From an uncultured Gemmatimonadaceae bacterium (GTDB lineage Bacteria; Gemmatimonadota; Gemmatimonadetes; Gemmatimonadales; Gemmatimonadaceae): a stretch of 64,000 nucleotides of DNA. Under the pieces are notes generated by a model that was not told the origin of the DNA, did not search any database, and saw nothing but the letters and a program-made list of their open reading frames with translations. The position numbers were made by a program, and so were the translations under genes. Of the stretch, positions 32,357-43,152 are shown one piece after another. Where the stretch lies: NCBI GenBank assembly GCA_963751275.1, contig CAVVTZ010000009.1, forward strand, positions 320,001-384,000. The letters are read 5' to 3'. Each line of letters begins with the position of its first letter. Positions within the stretch are counted from its first letter, which is position 1.

Positions 32357-34797
32357 ATGACACACTCCGCGTCCGGTCAGGATCCAGAGAACGAGCACCC
32401 GTACGAGCCGACGGCCATCGAGAAGAAATGGCAGGAGCGGTGGGAGCAGGCGCGCACCAATTCGCCCGATCTCGATCACGCTCCGCGGCCGTACTACCAG
32501 CTGATGATGTTCCCCTATCCGAGTGCCGAGGGGCTGCACGTCGGCAACGTGTTCGCGTTCACGGGGAACGACATCCATGGACGATTCCAGCGGCTGAAGG
32601 GGCACAGCGTGTTCGAGCCGATCGGCTTCGACGCGTTCGGCATCCACTCCGAGAATCACGCGCTGAAGACGGGGACGCATCCGGGGGATCTGATCCCGCG
32701 GAACATCGCGAATTTCCGGCGGCAGCTGCGCCGTGTGGGGCTGATGGTGGACTGGACGCGCGAGCTGAGCACGACCGATCCGCGCTACTACAAGTGGACG
32801 CAGTGGATCTTCCTGCAGCTGCTGCGGCGCGGGCTCGCGTACAAGAAGGAAGCGGCGGTGAACTGGTGCCCGTTCGACAAGACCGTGCTCGCGAACGAGC
32901 AGGTGGAGCACGGTCTGTGCGAGCGCTGCGGCACGAAGGTGGAGCAGCGGCGGCTGGCGCAGTGGTTCTTCCGGATCAGCGACTACGCGCCGCGGCTGCT
33001 CGCGAACCTCGACGTCATCGACTGGAGCGCGACCACGACCACGGCGCAGCGGAACTGGATCGGCCGCTCCGAGGGGGCGGCGATCTCGTTCGCGACGGAG
33101 GGCGGCGAGTCGATCGAGGTGTTCACGACGCGCCCCGACACGATCTTCGGCGCGACGTATCTCGTGCTCGCGCCGGAGCATCCGCTGCTGCAGTCGATCA
33201 CCACGGCGGCGAAGCGCACCGAGGTGGATGCGTACCGCGAGCACAGCACCAAGCAGGACCTGGTGGCGCGCAAGACCAACAAGAAGAAGACGGGCGCGTT
33301 CACGGGCGCGTATGCGGTGAATCCCGCGACGGGCGGGAAGATCCCGGTGTGGACGGCGGACTACGTGCTCATGGAGTACGGCACGGGCGCGATCATGGCG
33401 GTGCCGGGGCACGACGAGCGCGACTTCGAGTTCGCGTCGGCGTTCGAACTCCCGATCGTGCGCGTCGTGGCCTCGGAGGGCGACGGCGCGCGCACGCCGC
33501 TGGCCGAGCCGTTCGTCGGCGACGGCCGTCTCGTGAACTCGGCGGAGTTCGATGGCATGTCAAGCGAGGCGGCCATACGGAAGATCACGGAGTGGCTGGC
33601 GGAGCGGGGGACCGCGCGTGCCGTGACGAATTATCGTCTCCACGATTGGTGCATCTCGCGGCAGCGGTATTGGGGGCCGCCCATCCCGATCATCTACTGC
33701 GATGAGTGCGGGATGCAGGCCGTGCCGGAGAAGGACCTGCCGGTGATGCTGCCGCACATCGACGATTTCCGCCCCGACGATACGGGGGTGAGCCCGCTGG
33801 CGCGCCACGAGGAGTGGTACCGCGTGCCGTGCCCCGAGTGCGGCAAGATGGCGCGCCGCGAGACCGATGTGAGTGACACCTTCCTGGACAGTGCGTGGTA
33901 TTTCCTGCGCTATCCGTGCACCGAGTACGACGACGTGCCGTTCGACCGCGGCGCGGATCAAGCGGTGGCTGCCGGTGGATTCGTACATCGGCGGCAACGA
34001 GCACGCGGTGCTGCACCTGCTGTACACGCGGTTCATCACGATGGTGCTGCACGACGCCGGAGTATCTCGAATTCGAGGAGCCGTTCAAGAAGTTCCGCGC
34101 GCACGGGCTGATCATCCGCGACGGCGCGAAGATGTCGAAGACGAAGGGGAACGTGGTGAACCCCGACGATTATCTCGATCGCTGGGGGGCGGACGCGTTC
34201 CGGACGTATCTGATGTTCCTGGGTCCGTTCGACGAGGGCGGGGACTTCCGCGATCAGGGGATCTCGGGGGTCGCGCGCTTCCTGGACCGGCTGTGGGCAT
34301 CGGTGCACGATGCGACCGCCGTGGGCGCCCCCGACGCGGCGGTGATGCGCAAGCTGCACCAGACGATCAAGAAGGTGGGGGAGGACATCCCCAAGCTGAG
34401 CTACAACACGGCGATCGCGGCGATGATGGAATACATGAACACGCTGCGCGCGGGCGAGCGCGCGGTGCATCGCGCGGAGGTGGAGCCGCTCGTGCCGCTG
34501 GTGGCGCCTTTCGCGCCGCACATCGCCGAGGAGCTGTGGGAGCGGCTCGGCCACACGACGGGCGTATTCGAGGGGACGTGGCCCGCCTATGACGAGAAGA
34601 TGATCGTCGAGGACGAAGTGGAGCTGGCCGTGCAGGTGAACGGCAAGCTGCGCGGCACCGTGCGCGTGGCGAAGACCATCGCGCAGGCCGACGCGCTGGC
34701 GCTCGCGATGAAGGATCCGGCCATCGCGAAATTCGTGACGGGGCCGACGAAGAAGGTGGTGTTCGTGCCGGGGCGGCTGTTGAATCTGGTGGTGTAG
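32357..34797 (+). CDS. leuS: Leucine--tRNA ligase (frameshifts near 33950 and 34060)
   Basis: [58 protein letters not shown]. Confidence 0.96.
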
Positions 34798-34812
34798 TTC
34801 GCGGGATCCTTT

Positions 34813-34899
34813 ATCATGTCCATCATGTTCATCCTGTCAGATGCAGTTCCGAGAGATGGCAGGGGACTGCTTTGACAGGATGAACATGATGGACATGAT
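34813..34899. repeat. Inverted repeat family A, inside-out arrangement
   Basis: 27-bp perfect arms 34813-34839 / 34873-34899 built from 9-nt ACA(G/T)GATG(A/G) units; GCAGT/ACTGC ends face the centre. Confidence 0.9.
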
Positions 34900-34974
34900 G
34901 GTTTTCCAGGGGAAAGATCTTGGACCCAGGACTCGCCCCCTCGTGGCCGGAGTCATCACGTCCAACTTCTGCCG

Positions 34975-36515
34975 TTACTTCGCCTCGCGCCGGATGACTT
35001 TCCCCGGATACGCCCCACTCGCCTTCCCGAACTCATACACCACGACGCCGTTCACCCACACGCTGCGGATCCCGCTGCTCACAGCGTGTGGCTCGGCGAG
35101 CGTCGCGCGGTCGGCCACGGTGGCGGGATCGAACAGCACGAGATCGGCGTACATGCCCACGCTCACCCGCCCGCGGTCCTTGATCCCCATGTTCGCCGCC
35201 GCGAGGGTGGTCATCTTCCGGATCGCCTCCTCCAGCGTGATCACATGCCGCTCGCGCACGTACACGCCCAGCACGCGCGTGAACGCGCCGTAGCCGCGCG
35301 GATGCTTGCCATCGAGCTCGCCGTCGGATGAAATGTTGCTCCACGGCCATTTCAGAATGGCCTCGATGTCCGGCTCGATCATGCTCGTGCCGATCACGGT
35401 CTCCTCGCCGTCGCCGCCCGGCACCTTGCCCGCCGCCTCGGCGTCGCGGATCAAGCGTCATCAGTGCGGTCGTGTCGTCCTCGTGCCGGAGCACGGCGAT
35501 CTGCTGCAGCGTCTTGCCGTCGTACGAGCGATTGGGGCCATAGTGCGTGAGCAGCAGGCCATCGCTCGGCGACACCTGCTCGAGCGCGAACGCCGCCGAG
35601 TTCCGGTTGTCGAAATCGCGCGCGGGGAAGAGCACCGTGAGCGTACTCTGCCAGTACGCGTAAGGATAGACGTCTGCGGTGATGTTTACTCCTTCCGCCC
35701 GCGCCCGGTTCAACATGCTGAGCAGCGAATCGTGCATCCCCCAGATCGCCTTCATCGCGAGCTTGGTGTGCGACACCTGTACCGGGAGGAAGTCGTGCCG
35801 TCCGATGGCGATGATCTCGTTGATCGCGGCCCAGAAGTAGCGGTCCTCGCTGCGCACGTGGCTGATGTAGCGGCCGTTCATGTGGTCGAGCGGCTTGGCG
35901 AGCGTGAACAGTTCGGTGCTGTCGGAGTAGATGCCCGGGTCGTACTCGAGGCCCGTCGAGAGGCCGAGCGCGCCCGCCTTCATCTCGTCGTCCAGCAGCT
36001 CGCCCATCTTCTGCACTTCCTGCGGCGACGACACGCGGCGGAAGTCGTTGCCGAGCACTTTGCCGCGCAGGGTCCCGTGGCCCACGTAGCTCGCGATGTT
36101 GACGGCGGCCGGCGTCGCTTGCAGCTTGGCGAAGAATCCCGCCAGCGGAAAGACGGATTCGCCGTCCTGCCCGACGATCACGGTGGTCACGCCCTGGCTC
36201 ACATCGGCCAGCGCATCGCGGTGCTCGAAGATCTGGTCGTCGGCGTGGCTGTGCGTGTCGATGAATCCCGGGGCGAGCACGAGGCCGTTGCGAAGACGAC
36301 CTGGACTCGCCCTGGCGCTGATGCAGCTGGCCGATGTCGGCGATGCGGTCGCCGATGATGCGCACGTCCTCGATCACGGCGGGGCGGCCGGTGCCGTCGA
36401 GTACGCGCGCGCCGGAAATGAGCGTGGACTGCGCGGCGGCCGTGACCGGAGCCGCGAGGAGGGCGATGGCGACGACCCGGTATGTATCGTACAGCGCGGT
36501 CCGCAGCTGGGACAT
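34975..36515 (-). CDS. N-acyl-D-amino-acid deacylase (frameshifts near 36290 and 35455)
   Basis: APGFIDTHSH, GLSTGLEY, SHVRSE, DVYPY, HPRGYG, DRG..G..ADLVLFD. Confidence 0.9.
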
Positions 36516-36600
36516 GAGTCCGCGGCTCACTGCGTGGATCACTCCGGAATGAGTGTCTCCAATATGCGCGCCCGCATTCGCCGGGGGAACCCGCGGGCGG

Positions 36601-37732
36601 TCACCGCAGCAGCTGCGCCACCCACTCGCCCGCGTAGTACCCGATCACCGCCACGCCGAGGCCGACGACGAGCATGTCGAACCCCGAACGGAAGATCCCG
36701 CGGCCCGTGAACACCGACCGCGCGCCGCCCACGAGGAAGTGCGACAGCATCGCGACCGCGAACGACGTGATCATCGCCGCGAGCCCCGTGAAGAACAGGA
36801 AGGGCAGCACCGGAATGAGTGCGCCGATCGCCGTCGCGAGCCCCGGTGATCCAGCCCTCGCGCAGCGGCGACAGCGTCATCTCGCCGATCTTCAGCTCTT
36901 CCTGCACCTGCTCCTGCAGCATGCGCTGCGGATCGCGCATCACGTCGCTCGCCAGCGTGTGCGCCGCGGCGCGGTCCATTCCCTTCGCCTCGTAGATGAG
37001 TGCGAGCTCGTCGCGCTCCACCTCGGGCATCAGCTCCACCTCGGTCTTCTCCATCGCGATCTCGTGCTCGTACACCTCGCGCTCGCTCTTCGCCGCGAGG
37101 TAGCCGCTCGCGCCCATCGACAGCGCGTCGGCGATGATGCCGGCCACGCCCGCGAGCACCACGGTGTCGTGCTGCGCCGCGGCCGTCGCGCCGATCATGC
37201 CGGCGACGAGGCCGAAGTTCGCGGTGAGCCCGTCGTTGAAGCCATACACCACATTGCGCAGCAGTCCGCCGCTCTCCGCGCGGTGCCATGGCTCGCCCGC
37301 GCGGCCGGCGATCGTGCCGAGCGTGGTCGCGTGGTCGGCGCTCTCGCGCGCGAGCGTGAGCGCCTCGCTCTTGCCGGCCACGCCCGCCGGCGTCTCGCGG
37401 TGCATGGCGAGATAGCCCTTCACCTCGCGCCCCTCTTCGGCGAGCAGCATGGGCAGGAGGAACTTGGGGCCGAAGCTGCGCCCGAGGAACGCGAGCACGC
37501 GCGCGCGGCCGCTGGGGCGGAAGGGCTTGGGCGGCATGCCGCCGCGCGTCAGCAGATCGCCCCAGATGGCGACGTGCCGCTCCTCCACCTGCGCGAGGCG
37601 CAGATAGAGGTCCTTCTTCTTCGCGTCCGACTCCGCGTCGCTCAGGATGCGGTAGAGGAAGGCGGCGTCGGCTTCGTCCTGCCAGTGATGGGCGAAGGTA
37701 TGCAGGTCGGGCTGGGCGGCTGGCTGTGGCAT
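36601..37732 (-). CDS. VIT1/CCC1 family Fe/Mn exporter with N-terminal ferritin-like domain (frameshift near 36845)
   Basis: DEADAA..EERH..EE..ESADH; LRNVVYGFNDGLTANFGL, SMGASGYLAAKSE. Confidence 0.88.
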
Positions 37733-37849
37733 GGCGCAATATCGCACCCGCGAAGGGGGTCGGGAACGGCCCCGGCAACCCCCGGCGGTGTCCCGGTGAC
37801 CTATCATCGACAGCGCAGGCCAATTCCTTCCATTGCTCGAGAGGCTCCC

Positions 37850-39265
37850 ATGCGGTCGTCCGCTCTGATACTCGGTCTCTTCACCGTCGCGCTCGGCGCG
37901 CAAGCGCAGGACGCGGCGCCCACGCCGGCGCCCACGCCGCGCGCGTCGAACTACCGGTTCGTCCGCACCGACGACATGGGCGACCGCGCGGTGCTCGGCA
38001 TCAACACGTCGGGTGGCAGCAAGCGCGACACGCTCGGTCTGCTCATCTCGAGCGTCACGCCGGGCGGCCCCGCGGAGAAGGCGGGACTCACGGAAGGCGA
38101 CCGGATCGTGTCGATCAACGGCACGTCGCTCAAGGTGTCGCCGTCCGACGCGGGCGAGCCGGAAATGAGCGGCCTGATGTCGCGCCGCCTCGTGCGCACG
38201 ATGTCGGACCTCACGGCGGGCGACGAAGTGACGCTCGTCGTGCTGAGCAACGGCAGCACCAAGACCGTGAAGGTGAAGACCATCGCGATGGACGATCTCA
38301 ATGACGGCAAGATGAAGAAGAAGTCCAGTGATCGCGCCGTGATCGGCGTCGGCTTCGGCGGCGGAAGCGTGCGCGACACGCTCGGCCTGTTCATCGAGAG
38401 CGTGACGGCGGGCGGTCCGGCCGACAAGGCGGGGATCCAGGAAGGGATGCGCATCGCGTCGATCAACGGCGTGGACCTGCGGGTGTCCGCCGCGGATGCG
38501 GCGGATGGCTCGCTGACCTGGGCGAAGCAGGAGCGCCTCACGCGCGTGCTCAATGGGCTCAATCCGGGCGACGCGGTGGAGCTGAAGGTGTGGGCCGACG
38601 GCAGCTGGAAGACGGTCAAAGTCACGACGGTGAAGTCGTCGGACCTCTACGGCAAGAACAGCGATGCGTGGCAGAAGTACGCGGAGAGCATGTCGATGAT
38701 GGCGCCGCGCGTGCGGGTGGACATGGCGCCGATGGCGCCCATGCCCCCGATGCCGCCCATGGCGCCGATGGCGCCGATGCCGCCGATGCGCATGAACATG
38801 AGGATGGTGCCGGATTACGGCGGCTCCACGACGATGACCTGCACCTCGCAGGGTGACGGCACGACGATCTGCAGGAGCACGGGAAGGGGCCAGAGCTCAG
38901 GGGGCAACAAGTACTACGTGAATCCCGACAACGCACCGGGTGCGAGCCGCGCGCCGGCGGCGATGGCCTACTCGAACAGTGACACCGACAACGACACCGA
39001 CATCAACTTCCCGGGCCTGCGCATGACGACGGTGACGCCCGATCTCGCCGGCTACTTCGGTGCGGGCAGCGAGAACGGCCTGCTCGTGCTCGAGGCGTCC
39101 GATGAGTGGGCGCCGGTGAAGACGGGCGACGTGGTGCTCACGCTCAACGGCCGCGCCGTGGTGAAGAACAAGACCACGTCCGTGTCGCTCGACACGGGGC
39201 GCGACAACACGTTCGTCGTGCTACGGAAGGGGAAGAAGATCACTGTCGTGGTGAAAGCGAGATAA
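37850..39265 (+). CDS. Secreted multi-PDZ protein without protease domain
   Basis: Signal peptide; PDZ motifs VTPGGPAEKAGL.EGD.I.SING and VTAGGPADKAGI.EG..I.SING, third degenerate PDZ; Met/Pro-rich linker. Confidence 0.85.
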   Translation: MRSSALILGLFTVALGAQAQDAAPTPAPTPRASNYRFVRTDDMGDRAVLGINTSGGSKRDTLGLLISSVTPGGPAEKAGLTEGDRIVSINGTSLKVSPSDAGEPEMSGLMSRRLVRTMSDLTAGDEVTLVVLSNGSTKTVKVKTIAMDDLNDGKMKKKSSDRAVIGVGFGGGSVRDTLGLFIESVTAGGPADKAGIQEGMRIASINGVDLRVSAADAADGSLTWAKQERLTRVLNGLNPGDAVELKVWADGSWKTVKVTTVKSSDLYGKNSDAWQKYAESMSMMAPRVRVDMAPMAPMPPMPPMAPMAPMPPMRMNMRMVPDYGGSTTMTCTSQGDGTTICRSTGRGQSSGGNKYYVNPDNAPGASRAPAAMAYSNSDTDNDTDINFPGLRMTTVTPDLAGYFGAGSENGLLVLEASDEWAPVKTGDVVLTLNGRAVVKNKTTSVSLDTGRDNTFVVLRKGKKITVVVKAR

Positions 39266-39272
39266 CGACCTA

Positions 39273-39393
39273 ACGGCAGGCTGTCGGCTGGCGGCTGTCG
39301 TTCAAAGCCACGGCGGGCTGTGGGCTGTCGGCTGTCGGTGGCTGCGAACCCATGCTCGCAGGTGCCGCCAGCCGCCGGCCGACAGCCCGCCGT
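39273..39393. repeat. Inverted-repeat element family F (GGCTGTC heptamers)
   Basis: Two left-arm blocks of GGCTGTC-like 7-mers and one inverted block (CCGCCAGCCGCCGGCCGACAGCCCGCCGT), between convergent genes. Confidence 0.85.
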
Positions 39394-39399
39394 ATCAGT

Positions 39400-40174
39400 T
39401 CAAAAGTGCCCCGCGTTCCACGTCAGCCCTGCAAACACGGAATGCGGGAGCGGCCCGCTCAGCGGGATGATCACGCCGGCATCGAGCACGAACCAATCGT
39501 GCATCTGGAACGTGGGCGCGGCGAGGAAGCCCACGAGCGGGGCGCTGCTGCCGGGGCCGCTCGTGCCGGGGAAGCCGAAGACTTCGCCGGTCCAGCCGAA
39601 CTTGCCGCGAACGGGACCCGCAGTGGATACCGTCCACAGCGTGGCCACGTGCGGGTAGTTGCCGGTGTAGGCGGGGGCGAAGGTCCCGAAGTTCACGTCG
39701 AGCTCCACGGGGCCGAGCTTCTGGCTCGAGATCAGAAGCACGGACCACACGGTGGTGTTGGCGCTGAGCGCCGCGGCGCCGGTGGGGAGCCGCACCGCCG
39801 GCTGCACCGCGAGCGCGCCCAGGAACGGCAGCGAATCGGCGATGCGCCACTTGAACGCGACCACGACATCGGTGAAGCCCTGCACGGCGCCGCTGTCACC
39901 GGTGCCGTGCGCCCACGGCGAACGTCGCCTCGATCTGCGTGCGGTGCGTGATGCCCACCTTGTACGTGGTGGGCGTCGAGAACAGTTGCGCACCATCTAG
40001 TCGGTCGAATTGGACGCCGAATTCCACCTCGGAATATCCCGGCCACACGGTGTACGCGTGCGTGGCGACGGTGGGGCGCTCCGGTTGCGCCGAGTGCGGA
40101 TCGCTCGCCTCCTGCGCGCCGAGCGCCGCGGCGGCCGCGAGCGCCAGCGCGGCGAGCGCCACGCCCGCGCGCAT
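39400..40174 (-). CDS. Putative outer-membrane transporter (Phenol_MetA_deg-like; frameshift near 39925)
   Basis: Signal peptide, QPERPTVATHAYTV.PG..EVEFG, C-terminal FAGLTWNAGHF. Confidence 0.65.
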
Positions 40175-42166
40175 CAGAACTCGATCTGCGCGCCGAGCTC
40201 CACGACGCGGTTCGGTGGCAGGCCGAAGAATTCCGTGGCGGCGCGCGCGTTCCGCGACATGAACACGAAGAGCTTCTTCCGCCAGAGCGGCATCTTGGAC
40301 GCGCCGGTGGGAATGAGTTGCTCGCGTCCCAGGAAGTAGCTCGTATCGCCCGGGCGCATGGTGATGCCGGCGGGCGCGCAGAGGCCGAGCACTTCGCGCA
40401 CGTTCGGCGTCTGCATGAAGCCGTAGCGCGCGATCACGCGGTAGAAGCCGTCGCCGAGCGGCGTGACGGCGGTGCGTTCGGTCGCCGGCACCTCGGGCAG
40501 GCCGGCGGTGATGACGGAGAGGAGGATCACCTGCTCGTGCAGCACCTTGTTGTGCTTGAGATGATGGAGCAGCACCACCGGCGCGCCCTGCGTGTCCGAC
40601 GTGAGGAACACCGCGGTGCCGCGCACGCGCACGGGCTTGCCCAGCCGCACGCTCTCCAGGAACTGGTCGATCGGCAGGCTCGCCTCGCGCAGCATCTCGC
40701 TGCACCTCGGCGCGCCCGCGCTTCCAGGTGGTGAGCATCACGTGACGACGATGGCCGCCACCGCGAGCGGGAACCAGCCGCCGTGCTCGATCTTCACCAC
40801 GTTCGCCGCGAGGAAGCGAGGTCGATGGTGAGGAACGAAGACGAGGAACAGATACGCGCGCCAGCGCGGCCAGTCGAGCTGCTGCCGCGCGATCACGGTG
40901 AACAGGACGGTCGTGATCGCCATCGTGCCGGTGACGGCGATGCCGTAGGCGGCCGCGAGCGTGGTCGAGGAGCGGAAGCCGAGCACGAGCGCGAGGCAGC
41001 CGATCGCGAGCGCCAGTTCACCTCGGGGATGTAGATCTGGCCCCTCGTGCTTGCGAGGTGTGCACGATCGTGACGCGCGGCGAGTAGCCGAGCTGCATCG
41101 CCTGCTGCGTGAGCGAGAAGGCGCCGGAGATGAGCGCCTGCGACGCGATGATCGCGGCGACGGTCGCGAGCAGCGACCATCGGGTAGAGCAGCGGCGCCG
41201 GCACGAGCCGGTAGAACGGGTTCGACGCCGCGCCGGCGTCGCGCAGCAGCAACGCGCCCTGCCCGAAGTAGTTGGCGAGCAGCGCCGGCAGCACGACCAC
41301 GAACCAGGCGAGCGGATCGGGCGGCGGCCGAAGTGTCCCATGTCGGCGTAGAGCGCCTCGGCGCCGGTGACGACGAGCACCACCGCGCCGAGCACGAGGA
41401 AGCCGTTCATGCCGTTCTCAGCGAAGAAGCGCGCGCCGTACAGCGGGTTGATCGCGCGCAGGATCGCGGGCTCACGCACGATCTCCATCACGCCGAACAC
41501 GCCGATCGAGATGAACCAGGCGAGCATGATCGGGCCGAAGACCTCGCCGATGCGGTCCGTGCCGAAGCGCTGAACGGCGAACAGGAACGCGAGGATCAAC
41601 AGACTGATCGGCACGACGACGCGCGCGAGCAGCGGGCTCGCCACTTCGAGCCCCTCCACCGCGCCGAGCACGGAGATGGCCGGGGTGATGATGCCGTCGC
41701 CGTAGAGCAGCGCGGCGCCGAAGAGGCCGAGCGTGGTGAGCACGGCGTACGCCTTGTGCTTGTTATCCATGCGCCGGTGGATCAACGCGAGCAGGGCGAG
41801 GATCCCGCCCTCGCCCATGTTGTCGGCGCGCATGATGTACAGGATGTACTTGAAGCTCACCACCAGCATCAGCGACCAGACGATGAGCGAGAGGACGCCG
41901 TAGACGTTCGGAATGCTCGGCTCGAGGCCGAGCGCGTGGCCGAAGCATTCCTTGAGCGCGTAGAGCGGGCTCGTGCCGATGTCGCCGTACACGACGCCGA
42001 GCGCCGTGAGCGAGAGGATCGCGAGCCGTTTGCCGGTGGGCTTCGCTTCGGGGCGGTGACGGTCGAGCATCACCGGGAATGCGCCGGAGACGGGGAAGGG
42101 GCCGGTGATCTCGGGAACGGCCGGCTTGGCGGCCGGCGGAGGAGGTGAGCCCGCGGCGTCGCTCAT
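40174..42166 (-). CDS. kup: KUP/HAK/KT potassium transporter (several frameshifts)
   Basis: [70 protein letters not shown]. Confidence 0.94.
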
Positions 42167-43152
42167 CGGGACAATGCGATCGCCGCGAGCGCGCGCTGCA
42201 CGTGCACGCGCACCATCTCCTTCCGCCACGCGAGGGTGTAGTCGGTGTTGTCCATCGGTTTCGCGGGGCGATAGGCGGCGTCGGCGGCGGCGGCGATGGC
42301 GTTCACCTCGAGGCGCGAGCCGACGAGGGCGGCGGCGGCCTCGGGGATCTCCTGCGGGTGCGACGCCACGGCGCCGAGGACGATGCGCGCCTCCTTCACC
42401 GTGCCGTCGTTCGCGCGCGACACCCACGCGGCGACGCCGAGCACCGGGAAGTCGAACGATCCGCGGCGGCGCAATTTCAGGTAGCTCGCGCGCCAGCCGT
42501 TCGGCGCGGGCAGGTGGTATGCGACGAGCAGTTCATCGGGCCGCTTGGTGAGGTACGCGATGCCGTCGTTCGCGTAGAGGTCCGCCGCGCGCACCGTGCG
42601 CTCGCCGCGCGCGCTCGCGAGCGTGACGCTCGCGCCCAGCGCCACCGCCACCGGAACGCCATCCGAACTCTGCACCGCCCAGCAGCGCGGGCTCGACGGC
42701 GCGACCCAGCAGATCTTGCCGTCCTTCTTCATGCAGTAGTCGATGGCGCTGCGCCACTCTTCCGTTTGATCGTAATAATTGCAGCGCGTGTCGAGCAGCA
42801 GATTGCCGCCGATGGTGCCCATGTGCCGCAGCGTGGGCGTGCTCACCACCTCGGCGGCGTGCGCGACCGCGGCGTACTTCGCGCGCACGAGCGGGTGGCG
42901 CGACACGGCCTCGAGCGACGCGCCGGCGCCGATCGTGAGGCCGCCGTCATTCGCGATGCGGATCTCCGCGAGCTCCTTGATCCGCGAGAGCGCAATGACG
43001 GTGGCGGGCGTCTGCTGGCGGCGTTTCATGTTCGGCCAGAGGTCGGTGCCGCCGGCCACGTAGCTCGCGTCGTCGCCGGCGTCGGCGCGCGCGCGCACGG
43101 CCTCGGCCACGGTGCGCGGCTCCACCAACGTGAAGCGCGGCAGGCGCAGCAT
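42163..43152 (-). CDS. Xanthine-dehydrogenase-family FAD subunit with [4Fe-4S] insert (HcrB-like)
   Basis: AGGTDL, GTIGGNL, CX15CX7CX8C insert. Confidence 0.88.
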   Translation of the reverse strand: MLRLPRFTLVEPRTVAEAVRARADAGDDASYVAGGTDLWPNMKRRQQTPATVIALSRIKELAEIRIANDGGLTIGAGASLEAVSRHPLVRAKYAAVAHAAEVVSTPTLRHMGTIGGNLLLDTRCNYYDQTEEWRSAIDYCMKKDGKICWVAPSSPRCWAVQSSDGVPVAVALGASVTLASARGERTVRAADLYANDGIAYLTKRPDELLVAYHLPAPNGWRASYLKLRRRGSFDFPVLGVAAWVSRANDGTVKEARIVLGAVASHPQEIPEAAAALVGSRLEVNAIAAAADAAYRPAKPMDNTDYTLAWRKEMVRVHVQRALAAIALSR

